From positions 44,454,001 to 44,518,000 of the forward strand of contig NC_042997.1 in NCBI RefSeq assembly GCF_006345805.1: 64,000 nt of DNA, written 5' to 3'. Below are positions 26,294-39,431 of the stretch, piece after piece. The stretch's first letter is position 1, and every line of letters starts with the position of its first letter. The notes beneath the pieces were generated by a model that was given only the letters and a program-made list of their open reading frames with translations, had not been told where the DNA came from and ran no database searches. The DNA is from Octopus sinensis (lineage: Eukaryota). The translations under genes and the position numbers were made by a program.

Positions 26294-26780
26294 TTAGCTT
26301 GTAGCGTCAAGATTGCATAAATGTGGTTGTTTAATTTTTAGAATGACATTGCAGGGTAGGTGTGAGAGATCAGATCTGACCAGTCTGGACATAAAGCAGG
26401 TAGAATATTTGGGCCGGATATAACTGGTTTAAATGCTAAAGAGTTAATGTAAATCTTAAATCCCAATCAATCAGCTTGCTTTGGTTCTCGTCGCTTTGTG
26501 TAAGGCTGCTCTCTCACTGGGAATTTTTTTCTTCTTTGGTACTCTTTATGTTCCTATATTTTATCACTGGACACTAACCATTACTATTTTTGTGCTCCTT
26601 AGTCTATGCCAATCAGATCTGTTAGGCAGAGACATGGTTAATTTAAAACCCTGGATCTGGTGTAACCAGCTATCACATGCTACATGTTTGCTTGATCAGG
26701 GCTGACTTAGTGTTATGCAATAACAACTTCTGCAATCTAAGAGTTCTAAGAATTACTATTATGTTCTTTCTCCACCAGTA

Positions 26781-27174
26781 TCTTTATATATAAAAGTGAA
26801 GTTGTGTGCTGTCTGTCTCCTACGATTTAGATTCCTAACTACTCCCACATTTTGCGGTGCAGTTTAACCAAAACCGGGTATCTTATAGTCGTGATTCATA
26901 TCGAGCCCTTCTGGGTATTAGCGCGCGTCTACGATGAGTCTACTATTTAAAAAAAATTTACCATGAATTTTTCCCATTTTTAATGCATTTCTGGCATATA
27001 TAAGGGAAGTAAGTCTCTAAAAACGTATTATTAAATCTCGGAACGTAAAAAGCTACAGTAACACCCCCCCTTGTGGTTAGCCATATTGAGATGGCTATTA
27101 TACTTTACATTTCTAAAAATGCTTATATAGTTATTTCCCTTACAAACCCGAGCAACGCCGGGCGATACTGCTAG
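26781..27174 (+). mobile_element. Non-autonomous Helitron
   Basis: A|TCTTTATATAT ... CCCGAGCAACGCCGGGCGATACTGCTAG|T; close reverse complement of 13383-13779. Confidence 0.9.
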
Positions 27175-28419
27175 TATACTGATAAAGCAAACCACAAGCG
27201 TTAAGTAAGTGGAGCACAAGATAGACTGATCAACCTGTGTTGTGTCAATAACTCCTCTCACTGGAGCATAAGACAAGATTACAGTGGAAAGAGATTTTTT
27301 TTTTTGTTATTTTTATAAAAATCAGAATTTTTGAGCAGGAGTCACTTAAGACCTATCTAGTTATCGTAGCATGCAATAATTTCCTCTCATTATACTAAAT
27401 CACACTCAACCGAAGACAATTATTCTCATTAAGAACACTTGCCAATTATTAATAATTATATGTCATACTTAATTTTCTCTCACCACTTATATTTTCAGAT
27501 GGCTTAAAAAAAAATTAAATCTCATAGAAATTCTAAAAGTGTTTATGACTAATTAATGTGTAAAAGAATTAAAAAAACCCAAAAAAACCAAAACAAAAAA
27601 CATGTAAAACCCCAAAACAAAGAAACAATTTTATGTAATTTGGAGAAAGTGCAGTTTTGCTGTCTCAGAGGTAGTCTTGATTATTGAAAATTTTGCCTGG
27701 CGGATTCATTTTATTAAAATGATTTTTCTTTGAAGCATGACTTTTTGCATTCTTTGTCTCAGTACAGAGAATAAATAGGCTGGAATCACTGTTGTCATGC
27801 CATCTCTTCCAACAAAGCACTGCATTTTGTGCCATAGTATACCATTGTATACTGATCAGTTAAAAGAAGAAAAAAAAGTTGCCATTTTATTTATGCATGT
27901 AGCTAAAGGAAAATAAGAAATATATCTCGATGTATCTGTGAGTTTAAAGAAATATATCTCGATGTATCTGTAAAAATATATCTCGATGTATCAGTAAAAA
28001 ATGGAAACTTATTGTTGGAATATAAGTATGAAAAATGACCGTGTAATTCGGCATAAATACTTAAAAAGTATCTCTCTCATTTTCCCCCCCTCCTGTGTGA
28101 GTTCGTTTACACATATGTTGAATAAATTATGCAAAGTATACTTATTCATCTATTTAAAATAACTGCTTCTATTTTTTGTTTTACTGTATAGACTTAGACC
28201 ATCTTATATATAACTGAAGATTTGCACTCTATAATATGGTCTTTTTCATCCTTGTTGTAGAGAGACCTACAGTTCCCTCTTTGCTTCTGTGGGATATATG
28301 TGTAGAATTTTTGATCTTGACCACTGGGAATGTAGCCAAATATCTGTCTGTACATAAGATGATAACTTAAGCAAATTGCTTGCTGGGCCTCATTGTCTTG
28401 CTGTTGGTATCTTAGAATA

Positions 28420-29370
28420 ACTTAGAAAGGTTTTGGCCAGTATTGGCCCAGGCCATGTCTAACTTAATAGCACCACCTGGCGAATTCTTTCAATTCAGGA
28501 TTTGGGCACCAAGGCCCATTCGAGCAGAGAGTTATTGTTTGCGGAGACATATCCGGGTGTGGGTGGTTTGTCTGGGACTGTTTGAAGGAATTTGTCCAAA
28601 ATCTTCTTGAATTTTGTGTGGTCATTTTCTGTTTTGACGTGTGCTGGTGTAATGTTGAAGAAAACGGGTCCTATTGAGGTGAAATAATTGTGCCGTATTG
28701 TTGTTATTAGATGCGATTTAGATTTTTGTTGTGGATGGATAGCACGTGGTCCAAGCCTTGGATGTATTTTGAAGGTGATGCCAACATCATTCGGACAGTG
28801 CTGATGGAATATTTTCCACATCATACGGATAATGTAGCGTTCACGGCGTCGTTGGAGTGAATACAGTTTCAGCTTTTCCAGTTGATCCCAGTAGTCGAAG
28901 TCTGACATGCCATCTATCTTTTTCGTGATTGACCTTTGGGGAGCTTCAATTCTCATAATATTTTGTTTTGTGTAGGGAGACCACAGTGGTCAGCAGTATT
29001 CAAGGTGAGGTCGGGCAAAAGTGGAGAAGAGAAGGATAATGGTGTGGGAATCTCTCGACTGGAAGGTTCTGAGAATCCAGAAACACATTCTGCGGGCCGT
29101 GTCAACTTTGCTGCTTATATGTGTAGCCCAGCTTATGTTGTTGTCCACTGTTACTCCCAAGTCTCTGATGTTGTTAGACGCCATGAGAGTTTCACCAGAA
29201 GGAAGGGAGTATGGGAGTTTCAGAGCATCCTCCCTTCCAAAGTGGATCAATTTGAATTTGTCTTCGTTTAGCAGCATGTTGTTCTTTTCCGCCCATTGGA
29301 CAACAGCCAGTAGGTCTGACTGAAGGCTTATTCGGTCATCCACGCCATCGATGACCTTCTGGAGCTTCGC
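28420..29370 (-). mobile_element. 5'-truncated CR1-group LINE (C-terminal part of the ORF2 reverse transcriptase)
   Basis: ORFs 28990-29343 and 28495-28956 are in the same frame, split by a single TGA: ...LQSDLLAVVQWAEKNNMLLNEDKFKLIHF...IRDLGVTVD...RPHLEYC*PLWSP...LEKLKLYSLQRRRERY. These are typical post-YADD motifs of CR1/L2-group ORF2. Confidence 0.9.
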
Positions 29371-30304
29371 AATTTGTTATTACTTTTGTTTCTAGTTGTA
29401 ATACTCCTGCTGCTACTGATTACCCACGTTAGCAATGGTTATTTGCTTCTATGGAGTGAAGTAATTAGTCATGACGATGACTTTGTTACTAGCCGTAACT
29501 AGAAAAGTAGGAAACTAGTATGGTTTAGTGTATGCGGCTGCTGTATATTTTCTATTAGAAACAAAGCATACTACATTACTTGACTTGCAACAGTCAGTTT
29601 TGTTGAAAGTTGATTGTAATTCCACTTCATAGTTGAATGGTTACTTTTAGAAAAAGTATCCAACTGTAAAACAAACTGACTATCCATGCAAATAAGAACA
29701 TTTTCAGAATTATGTTTGATTGAGAAAAACAGATGTAAACACTTAAAACAAAACAAAAAAAAATAATTACAGTATAATTTAAATTATTAATGAAGATTAC
29801 TTGCATATTAAATAGTTAAAATGTTTCAGGAAGCATGTTAGAAATAAAAGGATTGAAGAAAATGCAAAATGATGGTTTATACTTTTATCATATATTTCAA
29901 TAATTTGAAAACCACCTCATCAAGCTAGCTCCATTCTACACTGATCTGAAATAATGAGACATTCAATTACTCTCATACTGAGAGAGGATGTGTTGCAACA
30001 TGTGCTAACTGATGTTATTGCATCAACCAATCAGTATTATGAATTTTATACATGTTATTGGTGTATGGATAGAGTTTATTAAGAAGGTTAGCTTCTTTAT
30101 CTTTTAAATTTCCAATATTCTGTTCTGAGGGATTTCATAGTGGCTGTGATTTCTAGCTATGCCACCTCTCCTGATGTTTAATGTAGAAAATATTTATATG
30201 ACTGTTTTCTTTAATGTCAGTATACAGTTTTCAGACAGTGATCCTGATGTAAAGTTCATTACATATATAATGAGTGTTAACGACATGTTGGCCCATAAAA
30301 ATAT

Positions 30305-31159
30305 ACAGTAATCCCTCACCATATTGCAGTTCACCTATCGCACACTCAATACATCGTGGTTCACTTATCGCACACTCAGTACATCGTGGTTCACTTATCG
30401 CGCACTCAATACATCGTGGTTCACTTATCGCACACTCAGTACATCGTGGTTCACTTATCGCGCACTCAATACATCGTGGTTCACTTATCGCACACTCAAT
30501 ACATCGTGGTTCACTTATCGCACACTCAGTACATCGTGGTTCACTTATCGCACACTCAGTACATCGTGGTTCACTTATCGCACACTCAGTACATCGTGGT
30601 TCACTTATTGCACACTCAGTACATCGTGGTACACTTATTGCACACTCAGTACATCGTGGTACACTTATTGCGCACTCAGTACATCGTGGTTCACTTATCG
30701 CACACTCAGTACATCGTGGTTCACTTATCGCACACTCAGTACATCGTGGTTCACTTATCGCACACTTAGTACATCGTGGTTCACTTATCGCACACTCAGT
30801 ACATTGTGGTTCACTTATCGCACACTTAGTACATCGTGGTTCACATATCGCACACTTAGTACATCGTGGTTCACATATCGCACACTCAGTACATCGTGGT
30901 ACACTTATTGCGCACTCAGTACATCGTGGTTCACTTATTGCGCACTCAGTACATCGTGGTTCACATATTGCACACTCAGTACATATCGTGCACTCTGTAC
31001 ATTGCAGATTTTTCTGGCTAATTTACGTAAATTTATATTGCTGACTCCTCAGTATATCATGGGTTTCTGCGGCCGATAGGTATTATATATTTTTTAGATT
31101 TTAATTATTTCTGTGGGAGGTTTTGGAATATAACACCTGCAATGGTCAAGGGATTACTG
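30305..31159. mobile_element. pogo/Tigger-like MITE (TA target duplication) containing a minisatellite
   Basis: TA|CAGTAATCCCTCACCATATTGCAG ... CTGCAATGGTCAAGGGATTACTG|TA: inverted termini flanked by TA. Confidence 0.8.
30331..30984. repeat. 30-bp tandem array (21 full units plus a partial unit), consensus TCACTTATCGCACACTCAGTACATCGTGGT
   Basis: Directly visible 30-bp periodicity. Confidence 0.98.
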
Positions 31160-31914
31160 TATCCTCAAGTTTGAGTGGGCAGTTGGCTAGTTTGCATACT
31201 TTGTTGTAGTTTATGGTTGACCTCCAAGCTAGCATTTTCCAGGTGAAGACCCATCAACAATCAACATGAACTGGTTGACTGATTTATTGAAATTATTCTG
31301 CACATGTTAACATTTGAAAAATAGCTGCTTCATTATTTCTGATTGGTGCAGCTTGTATACCTTCTATTTTTCTCTCGATAAGATGTGTTTAAACCAAATC
31401 TGTTGAGTTATAAAATGAATGTGGAAAGCATTTTGTTGTTGTTGTTTTCACTCCTTTCTTTCTTTCTTGCATTGTAGTTTCTCTTCTAAAACATCTTATT
31501 CTATTTTACAATGCAATACTATTCTGAATAAATACATATTTTCTCTGTATAACAATTTTTCATGTGATAAAGAAACTTGGTTTATTATTTATAAACTGTT
31601 ATTGACCCATTCCAGTTTATTAAGTTTATTATTCTTTTGTACATGGCATTTGAAGATTCCTTCTCCAGGTCTTTGACCTATTGGGGTTTCTATATGTGAA
31701 GAAGTAATTGGACTTATGTTTATGTTTTCCAGTTTCAGCTCTTGAGCTGTGGCCATGCTGTACAGTAAGCTAAAGGTTAATGGATGTTGCCAATATTTAA
31801 GAAGCTTATCTAAAATAATTGAAGAGTAAATTAATATTTACCAAAAGATATCTTTGGGAATGTTCATTCAAGAAGTTCTTTTGTTATTCTCTATTATTTC
31901 TAGAATCAGTTTAA

Positions 31915-32135
31915 CCCTTTAGCATTTAAACCGGCCATATCCGGCCAAAAGTATTCTGCCTGTTTTATGTTCAAACTGGCCAGATCTGGTCTCTCACACC
32001 AGCCCTACAATATCGTTTCAAAAATTAACAGCTACCTCATCAAAATCTCATAGCTACAAGAGAATGCATGATTAGTTCAAAACAATGTGGATGAAAAAGG
32101 ATTAGTTTTGGCAGAATAATGTGAACACTAAAAGG
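31915..32135. mobile_element. piggyBac-like MITE (opposite orientation to 12098)
   Basis: TTAA|CCCTTTAGCATTTAAACCGGCC ... ACTAAAAGG|TTAA. Confidence 0.85.
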
Positions 32136-32565
32136 TTAAAATAATTTTGTCCTTAGGTGTTTCAACAGAATTCAAAATGTATTATTTAAAACATTTATGA
32201 ACATTGGAATTAAGTATGTAACAAAGTTAAATTCCATCCATCATTAAATATTACGGCACACAAATGCCAGAGATGCTTATTTTTTATTTCTTGTTTTGTT
32301 TAGCTATCATCATTATTGTCATCATCATCATCATCACCATCGTATGTTTGTCCATGCTTGCATGGGTTGGAAAAATCTCACTCTCACTATTTGCCACAGT
32401 TCAATACCATCTGGTATGGAGGCACTAGAGGAAAAACCCATCTAACCCATCTGTATTTAATGCTACTTTTGTCATGATAGGATGGACTTGCTATCACCAA
32501 CCTCCTCTCTATATATTGTGGATGGGTACACTTTATCATACCACTGGCGATACACAGGTTGTCTC

Positions 32566-32972
32566 TCTCTTTTACTCATTTACTTGTTTCAGTCATTTGA
32601 CTGCGGCCATGCTGGAGCACCGCCTTTAGTCGAGCAACTCGACCCCGGGACTTCCTTTTGTAAGCCCAGTACTTATTCTATCGGTCTCTTTTGCCGAACC
32701 GCTAAGTAACGGGGACATAAACACACCAGCATCGGTTGTCAAGCGATGCTAGGGGGACAAACACAGACACACAAACAAACACACATACATATATATATAT
32801 ATATACATATATACGACAGGCTTCTTTCAGTTTCCGTCTACCAAATCCACTCACAAGGCATTGGTCGGCCCAGGGCTATAGCAGAAGACACTTGCCCAAG
32901 ATGCCACGCAGTGGGACTGAACCCGGAACCATGTGGTTGGTAAGCAAGCTACTTACCACACAGCCACTCCTG
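32566..32972 (-). mobile_element. Family B SINE
   Basis: Full-length match to the family. Confidence 0.9.
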
Positions 32973-34008
32973 CTTCTGTGTGAGATTAACAAATCTTCTT
33001 TACACTTTCTCTATTTGTTCCTTTGCTACTTTTGGTAAGGTTTTTGTATTGTGATGGTCTTATCACCAAATACAGCATCTTATTATGCTTCTAGCATGAG
33101 AGAGGTCCCTGTCAAAATTACAGTATTCCATCTGCTTTGGTTTATCTCTTTTGTGAAATTGTTTCCATTATAAATTACACTGTAATTGAGTCATTTTTAA
33201 TCATTCAAAATAAACTTTCATGAATTAACTGCTAATTATTTAATGTAAATTTTATAGTACCTAGAAAAAATAAGATAGCAGTTACTCCATTGTATAATTA
33301 GTTATGTAGTCTCTTAGCGAGTGATAGATATGTATGCTGTTGTCCATCTGAAACTGATACTTGTAATATCCAACATATATAGTCACCTTTGTTTTTTTAG
33401 TTCACTTTTTCTCTTCATGATCCTGTGCTTTTTTATGTTATTAACTTTATATCTCTGCTGATTGTTTTCCTAAAAAGTTAGCCACAAATATTTTTCTAGT
33501 GGAGCAAATGATTATAGCTAATGGTAATACTATTTTAGTTCAATATTTTGAATACTACTTTAGTTCAAACAAAAATTTGCCATGATTCACAAATCCTACA
33601 TTCTCTATTGTTTAACCCCAAATTAGTCCTGCTTTCTTAAAATCTAGACAACCTATCCTAACCCTCTGTAAATCATCATTAAATCTAACTCTTATCAATC
33701 CAATTTTATGTTCACCTCTGTGCCAGTAATTCCTTTTGACTCAGTACTATAAACATTTTAAATCATTGTTTCTATAATTGTAACATATGGAAATGTTTGA
33801 ATCCTTTTTCTCATACCTGACCTATAGAAAACTAAACAGAAGCACATCGATACCAAACTAATATAATTTGGCTCCTGTTTTCTATGTTTGCACCGTGAGA
33901 ACATTCTTGAGGATGTCTGTTTTCCAATGAAAACTCCAGAATTCTGTTTTAAAGGATTTCAAAGTTCAGTTATTTTGTCTTGGCATTCTGCAGATTTGTA
34001 TAGGAATA

Positions 34009-34382
34009 CTAGCAGTATCGCCCGGCGTTGCTCAGGTTTGTAAGGGAAATAACTATAAAGCATTTTTAGAGAGTTATAAGCCGAAAAATTGGAAAAAAAT
34101 GATGGTAAATTTTTTTTTTAGTTAAAAAAGGTGGAGTTGCGTCCCCTAGACAGTTTGCGGTTTGTGTTTCTAATTCTCGACCCCATGTCGAATTTATCGA
34201 TTTTTTTCAGAACTGGGGGAACTTTTCAAAATTTTCGCTGCGTTAGTTTTGAATTATGACAATGGGCTATGTGTGTGTCAAGTTTCATCAGAATCGGTTG
34301 AAAGCCATGGTCAGGGTGAGGGTACAAGCAAACAGACACACAGAAACACGCACAGACAAACTGCCGTTTATATAGAGAGAGA
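34009..34382 (-). mobile_element. Non-autonomous Helitron, second 5' subtype
   Basis: Shares the hairpin-CTAG 3' end with the other copies; its 5' part (TCTCTC..TATAAACGGCAG) matches the element starting at 63353. Confidence 0.8.
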
Positions 34383-34702
34383 TTATATTCTACTGTGGTG
34401 TGTTTGCTTGAATAAATATGAAATTAGTGATACTTAGTGTTAATCTAAAAACCACTTTAACAACTTGAGCATTGTGACTAATCAATTTTTCATTAATTAT
34501 GCTGATAAAACCTGATCGTGCTACTCGTAAGTTTACATTAAGAGTTGTGACATTATTCATGGGCTCTTATTAAAGCTGCACGGTCACTGGCTTCAAAAGG
34601 ACATTGCTTAGCCCTGGTTTCATGTTGTAAAGTCAAAGAAGAAATTCCACCATTAATAATGTATGCACACACACACATATATTTTCCTCTATTTTTGCAT
34701 AG

Positions 34703-34743
34703 GTTTGATGGTTCTGCAAAGAACAAGTTATCTAGAGAACTAT
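34703..34743 (+). CDS. Candidate 41-nt internal exon (FDGSAKNKLSREL or LMVLQRTSYLENY depending on phase)
   Basis: Strong acceptor ATTTTCCTCTATTTTTGCATAG and consensus donor TAT|GTAAGT; two frames open. Confidence 0.45.
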
Positions 34744-36596
34744 GTAAGTAACTGCACTGATGCAATTGAGAGCAGATTTCCTATGGCGGTCCCGGTGTTG
34801 TGATAATCCTTTTGTTGTGATGAAGCAAATAGATGAATGTCACTCTCATAAGATTGCAGTGCAATGCATTCAGCATGTATCCATTTACATTACATGTTTA
34901 TAGCTGTTTAATTGTTACTGCTACAAGCATGGATCAAAGCCTTTCATATTCATTTTTTTCCAGTTTGTGTTAACTTTTCTTGTTAGCTAACATTGTATAT
35001 CTAATAAATTAAATTGCAAATCCTTTCCCATTCGCTACTTCACAGAGCTTCAAACTTCTTACACATGCCTTGTATAGTACACTGAACTCCCGCCTATTAT
35101 TATTAACCCTTACCTGTATACTTTTCCTGGAATAATTGGCCATTTAAGTAACAAAACATGTAGCAAGTTGTTTGAACTGTTGATAGTCTGTAGTGCGTAG
35201 CTATTTCCGTGTGCACCTGATGCACCTAAAGTTCTGCTTCCCAAATCAGTGGTGCCAAAAATTTCACTGCACCGTTTGTGCACCTATTATCTGCACTCAC
35301 TATGCTGCTGCATTACGTTGTTGCTTACTTAATTCTTTACTAATCAAGGTCATTTCTCTGATGCTATGTATAATTGTTACTGTCTTCAATTGATTAAAGT
35401 ATCAAACATCTTTGATGTATTCTAGGTACTTTCTCGTAGAATATCACTAATGGCAATCATATTGATTTTATCATATCAAACATTTAACGAGTCCTATTCT
35501 GACCATCTACCTTCCTTTCAGTTTGATTGATTAACAATATTGATCAGTTTTGATGTATGTCAGATTTATCCTCCATCCATCATATTATTGCTGTTTTGAA
35601 TATAGTTTCTTTGTCAGTGTGAATAAGCCTGCGAGTCTTGAAAATTACAGAAAATTACTTGTGAAGCATTTTGTACATTAGTTTTGAAATAACATAGCTC
35701 TGATTAGGTTAGAAGGAAAATAGAACAAAACCATATAAACTGTGATAATATATTTATGGAGGTGGTTATGTTCTTCACACTGTGGTTATGCTGATAATAT
35801 AATTGATTAATATGTCTGCAGTATAATATTTTGAACTTGATTAATGCTAGCTACCCGTGATATATGTAAGCAGAAATAGAAGTTTGATCTCAGCATTTAA
35901 CTGATTGGATAACTGAGAAGAAAATATTGCAAAGGTGAAAAGTTTGAGGATGTTTACCAGTTTCATGAATTTGCGACAGGAGCCAGTTGAAAAGGTTTAA
36001 AATTGAACTGCTTTATTTAAAGCTATAGCTGTTATTATTTTTTTTTTTTACTTCGAATAAATTTAAGTGCAAGATTTGTTCCAACCAAATTTTAATTCCT
36101 TAAAATCTAACTGTTCTAGTGAATTTTATAAAATTGTTTTATAAAGTAAGTGTTTGCAATGTGATGCTCAAATAATTTGTTGGAAAAGGCTGAGTTGTGC
36201 CATACCTAACAATTATAGTGGTTGTTGTTGTTGTTTATTATTTTGAGATCCATAAGCTAACAACTACTGCTATTTAACATCAGTAGTGACAACCTTTCCA
36301 ATAACTGTCATTAGCAGATCATTAATTGACAAGAAATGGTATGAAATCAATGCATTAGTTGGTTTAGGAATAACATTAAGATTTAATTGACTTGTTAATA
36401 GAAAGGTGTCAAAACAATCTTTTAATTCTATTTCCTGCTAGTTGTAGATGTTAGGGTTAGGGTTCAGTCTCTTACATGCAACTCTTTCTTGTCTTTTAAT
36501 CCCAGATTAGCCCTGGTTCAGCAAACCTCTGATCAAAGATATTCTTATCTGTGGCCAATCTACTCTTTCTGTATTCCTTGGACTACATTAACCAAT

Positions 36597-36980
36597 GGTG
36601 GCGCAATAGCCCAGTGGTTAGGGCAGCGGACTCGCGGTCATAGGATCGCGGTTTCGATTCCCAGACCGGGCGTTGTGAGTGTTTATTGAGCGAAAACACC
36701 TAAAGCTCCACGAGGCTCCGGCAGGGGATGGTGGTGATCCCTGCTGTACTCTTTCACCACAACTTTCTCTCACTCTTACTTCCTGTTTCTGTTGTACCTG
36801 TATTTCAAAGGGCCGGCTTTGTCACTCTCTGTGTCACGCTGAATATCCCCGAGAACTACGTTAAGGGTACACGTGTCTGTGGAGTGCTCAGCCACTTAGC
36901 CATTAATTTCACGAGGCAGGCTGTTCCGTTGATTCGGATCAACCAGAATCCTCGTCGTTGTAACCGACGAAGTGCTTCCA
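36597..36980 (+). mobile_element. Family C tRNA-derived SINE
   Basis: GGCGCAATAGCCCAGTGGTTAGG...GGTTTCGATTCCC head; near-identical copies at 54655 and 55695. Confidence 0.9.
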
Positions 36981-39372
36981 CACCACCACATTAACCAATA
37001 AATCCTTCCTTCTTTTTTTAATTAATTAAAATAGTTGTGTGTGATTTGAAGAAATGTGGCTGCTATTTCTTGCAGGTTTAGTGGCTATGTGGATATTTTG
37101 TTTCACAGGCAAAATAGCATTAATTGACTGGATTGGGCAACTGTGATTATCACTGAGATCTTACAAATGTATGGTAAATGGGGAAGGAGGATTACAAGTC
37201 CACAGTCTGCGGTATTATGTCTGTGAGCAAGACATGACCCTAGTTTCTTATGCTAACCAACTTAGAAATCTGATTAGCCTGTCTAAATAGTTTAACTCAT
37301 GGATTGTGTATGATTTTATCAGAAGGTGATATGATTTCTAACAAGGTGCTTCAGAAATTATAAATATGCATTCATCTAAAGAATCACTAAGGCTTGAGTT
37401 CTTGGCTCTACCTTACTGTTGTAAGCAATCTCTCCTTCTTAACCACCACCTTTCTACATCTGACATCTTTCAACTTGAATTTTTTCTGTTCAAAGCAGTT
37501 GCACATTCTGTTTTGGAGTCCTTAGAAATATTTTGTGTAACTTACCTTACATGTTGTCTTGTAACCATTTTCATCAAAGCCGGCTTTGGAAATAGTGATT
37601 TGATTGTTCTGATTTTATATCATCAATACTAATTATTTGTAATTAACATATTCCATTTCTGCGAGAACAATAATTACTTATGTCTGTTTTATTTAATAGC
37701 TACTGTTTTAATATTAGATATTTTTGCTCCACATAGGTCATTGTGAAATTGTAATATATTCTAGTAGAACATATATAATTGTACACACCTGACTTTCTTG
37801 GCTTCTCATAATTGGTTGGCATACATAAATCAGCCGGTGCTCTTAGTTTGGACGGGGCCTAGGCCAAATACTGACTTAAGTTTTACGTGTGTATCTGTAT
37901 GTAGATAGATAGATAGATAAAAACATCACCATTTTTTGTCTGTCTTCCATGCTGGCCTGGGTTGGACAGTTTGGCTGGAGCTGGCAAACCAGAGGACTGC
38001 GGTAACTTCTACTGTCTGCTTAGGCATGGTTTCTCTGGCCGGACGTCCTTCCTATTGCCAACCATTTTACAGAGTATACTGGGTGCTTTATACATAACAC
38101 ATGTGCACTCATGTGTATACACACACACCCATACATACATACCCATATAAATGTGTATTAAATCCTACACATTTTCTTCCAATAGTGTATTGACCACTTA
38201 TATTATTTTTGTTATAAAACTGTGATCATACAGGCCCCATACAAATGTGTATGCATACACACACACACACACATCATCATTATCATCATCATCATAATTT
38301 AGCATCATCATCATTTAACATCTTTTTTCCATGCTAGCATGGGTTGGACGGTTCGACTGGGGTCAGAGAGGCTCTTCCTAATGCCAGCCACTCCATGAGT
38401 GTAGTGGGTGCTTTTTATGTGCCCCCAGCATAGGGGCCAGAGGAGGCTGGCAATGACCATGATCAGTTGGTGCTTTTTACGTGCCACCAGCATGGGAACC
38501 TGGTGCAGCTCATATATATATCTACTACATATGTGGAAATCTGGTGGGGAGGGTGTTTGTGGCATTGTTATCTAACTCCTCCTACTTTGTTTTATCAATT
38601 TTGATGAAACTTGACACGTGAGTAGAACTCATGTCTGGAAACCTCATGGCATACTCAGACTGTTAAAAAAAATAGATAATAGGGTCCTTGGAAGGGATTC
38701 TTATATGCACTACATATAACTAATATATTATTTTTAAACATCCAAGGGAAATAACCCATTTGCTCCTGAAAGAGATCCCTATATATAGCCACGGGAAATA
38801 ACCCATTCATGTTCGTAAATTATTTCGTATAAATCAAATTGAGTGTGCTTAATTCTTAGTATTTGAACTTTTTGAGTTATTTTCGCAATTTATCCAGTAC
38901 AGTGCTTAAACATGTAAATAGTATTTTCCTAAACAATAGATCCAGTTATTTCAGTTAGTGACTTATTCACAAATATACCAACACTAGTGCCGCTGAGGGC
39001 AATATTCTCTGCAAACACACAAAAGCATTTTCAGAGTTATTTACTTTAAATTGTTATTATGTCATATCTAATTAGCCTGTTATTACATAACATGCTTCAC
39101 AATTTTAGTATACATATGTTATTAGTATTTCCTCCTAAGTTGTATATACTCTGGGAAGGTATTAAAGCTCATTTCGGGGCTACTTTATTTGAATTCTTAC
39201 TATTGGGTAATTAATTTCATGTTATTATATAATTGACTTCACAATTTGGGTATTCAAAACTTATTGGAAATTCCTAAAAACAAGATCCTGTGTAAGACAG
39301 TTCAGTATTCTCAATAAAGGCGCAAAAACTGTTTTAAGGGCTACATGCTTTGTATTGTTGTTATTGGATTAG

Positions 39373-39431
39373 CGAAACAATTATGAAAACAGAACCAATA
39401 GATAAGCCCCCGCTTTCCCGGGAATTACCAG
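39373..39431 (+). CDS. Candidate internal exon ETIMKTEPIDKPPLSRELP
   Basis: Consensus donor CAG|GTATGT; only one frame open; the acceptor is moderate. Confidence 0.35.

Noticed and set aside
30331-30984. CRISPR-like array
   Set aside because: The units are contiguous with no unique spacers, there are no cas genes, and the context is eukaryotic.
31733-31770. Exon-like segment ending in ACA|GTAAGC
   Set aside because: The sequence is a decayed family B SINE tail (TTTCAG..TGTGGCCATGCTG).
36451-36462. Interstitial telomere repeat (TTAGGG)2
   Set aside because: Only two units, which is expected by chance.
36597-36670. tRNA gene (also at 10936, 20957 and 55695)
   Set aside because: The A/B-box heads run directly into SINE bodies and are multi-copy; I saw no complete cloverleaf followed by a Pol III terminator.
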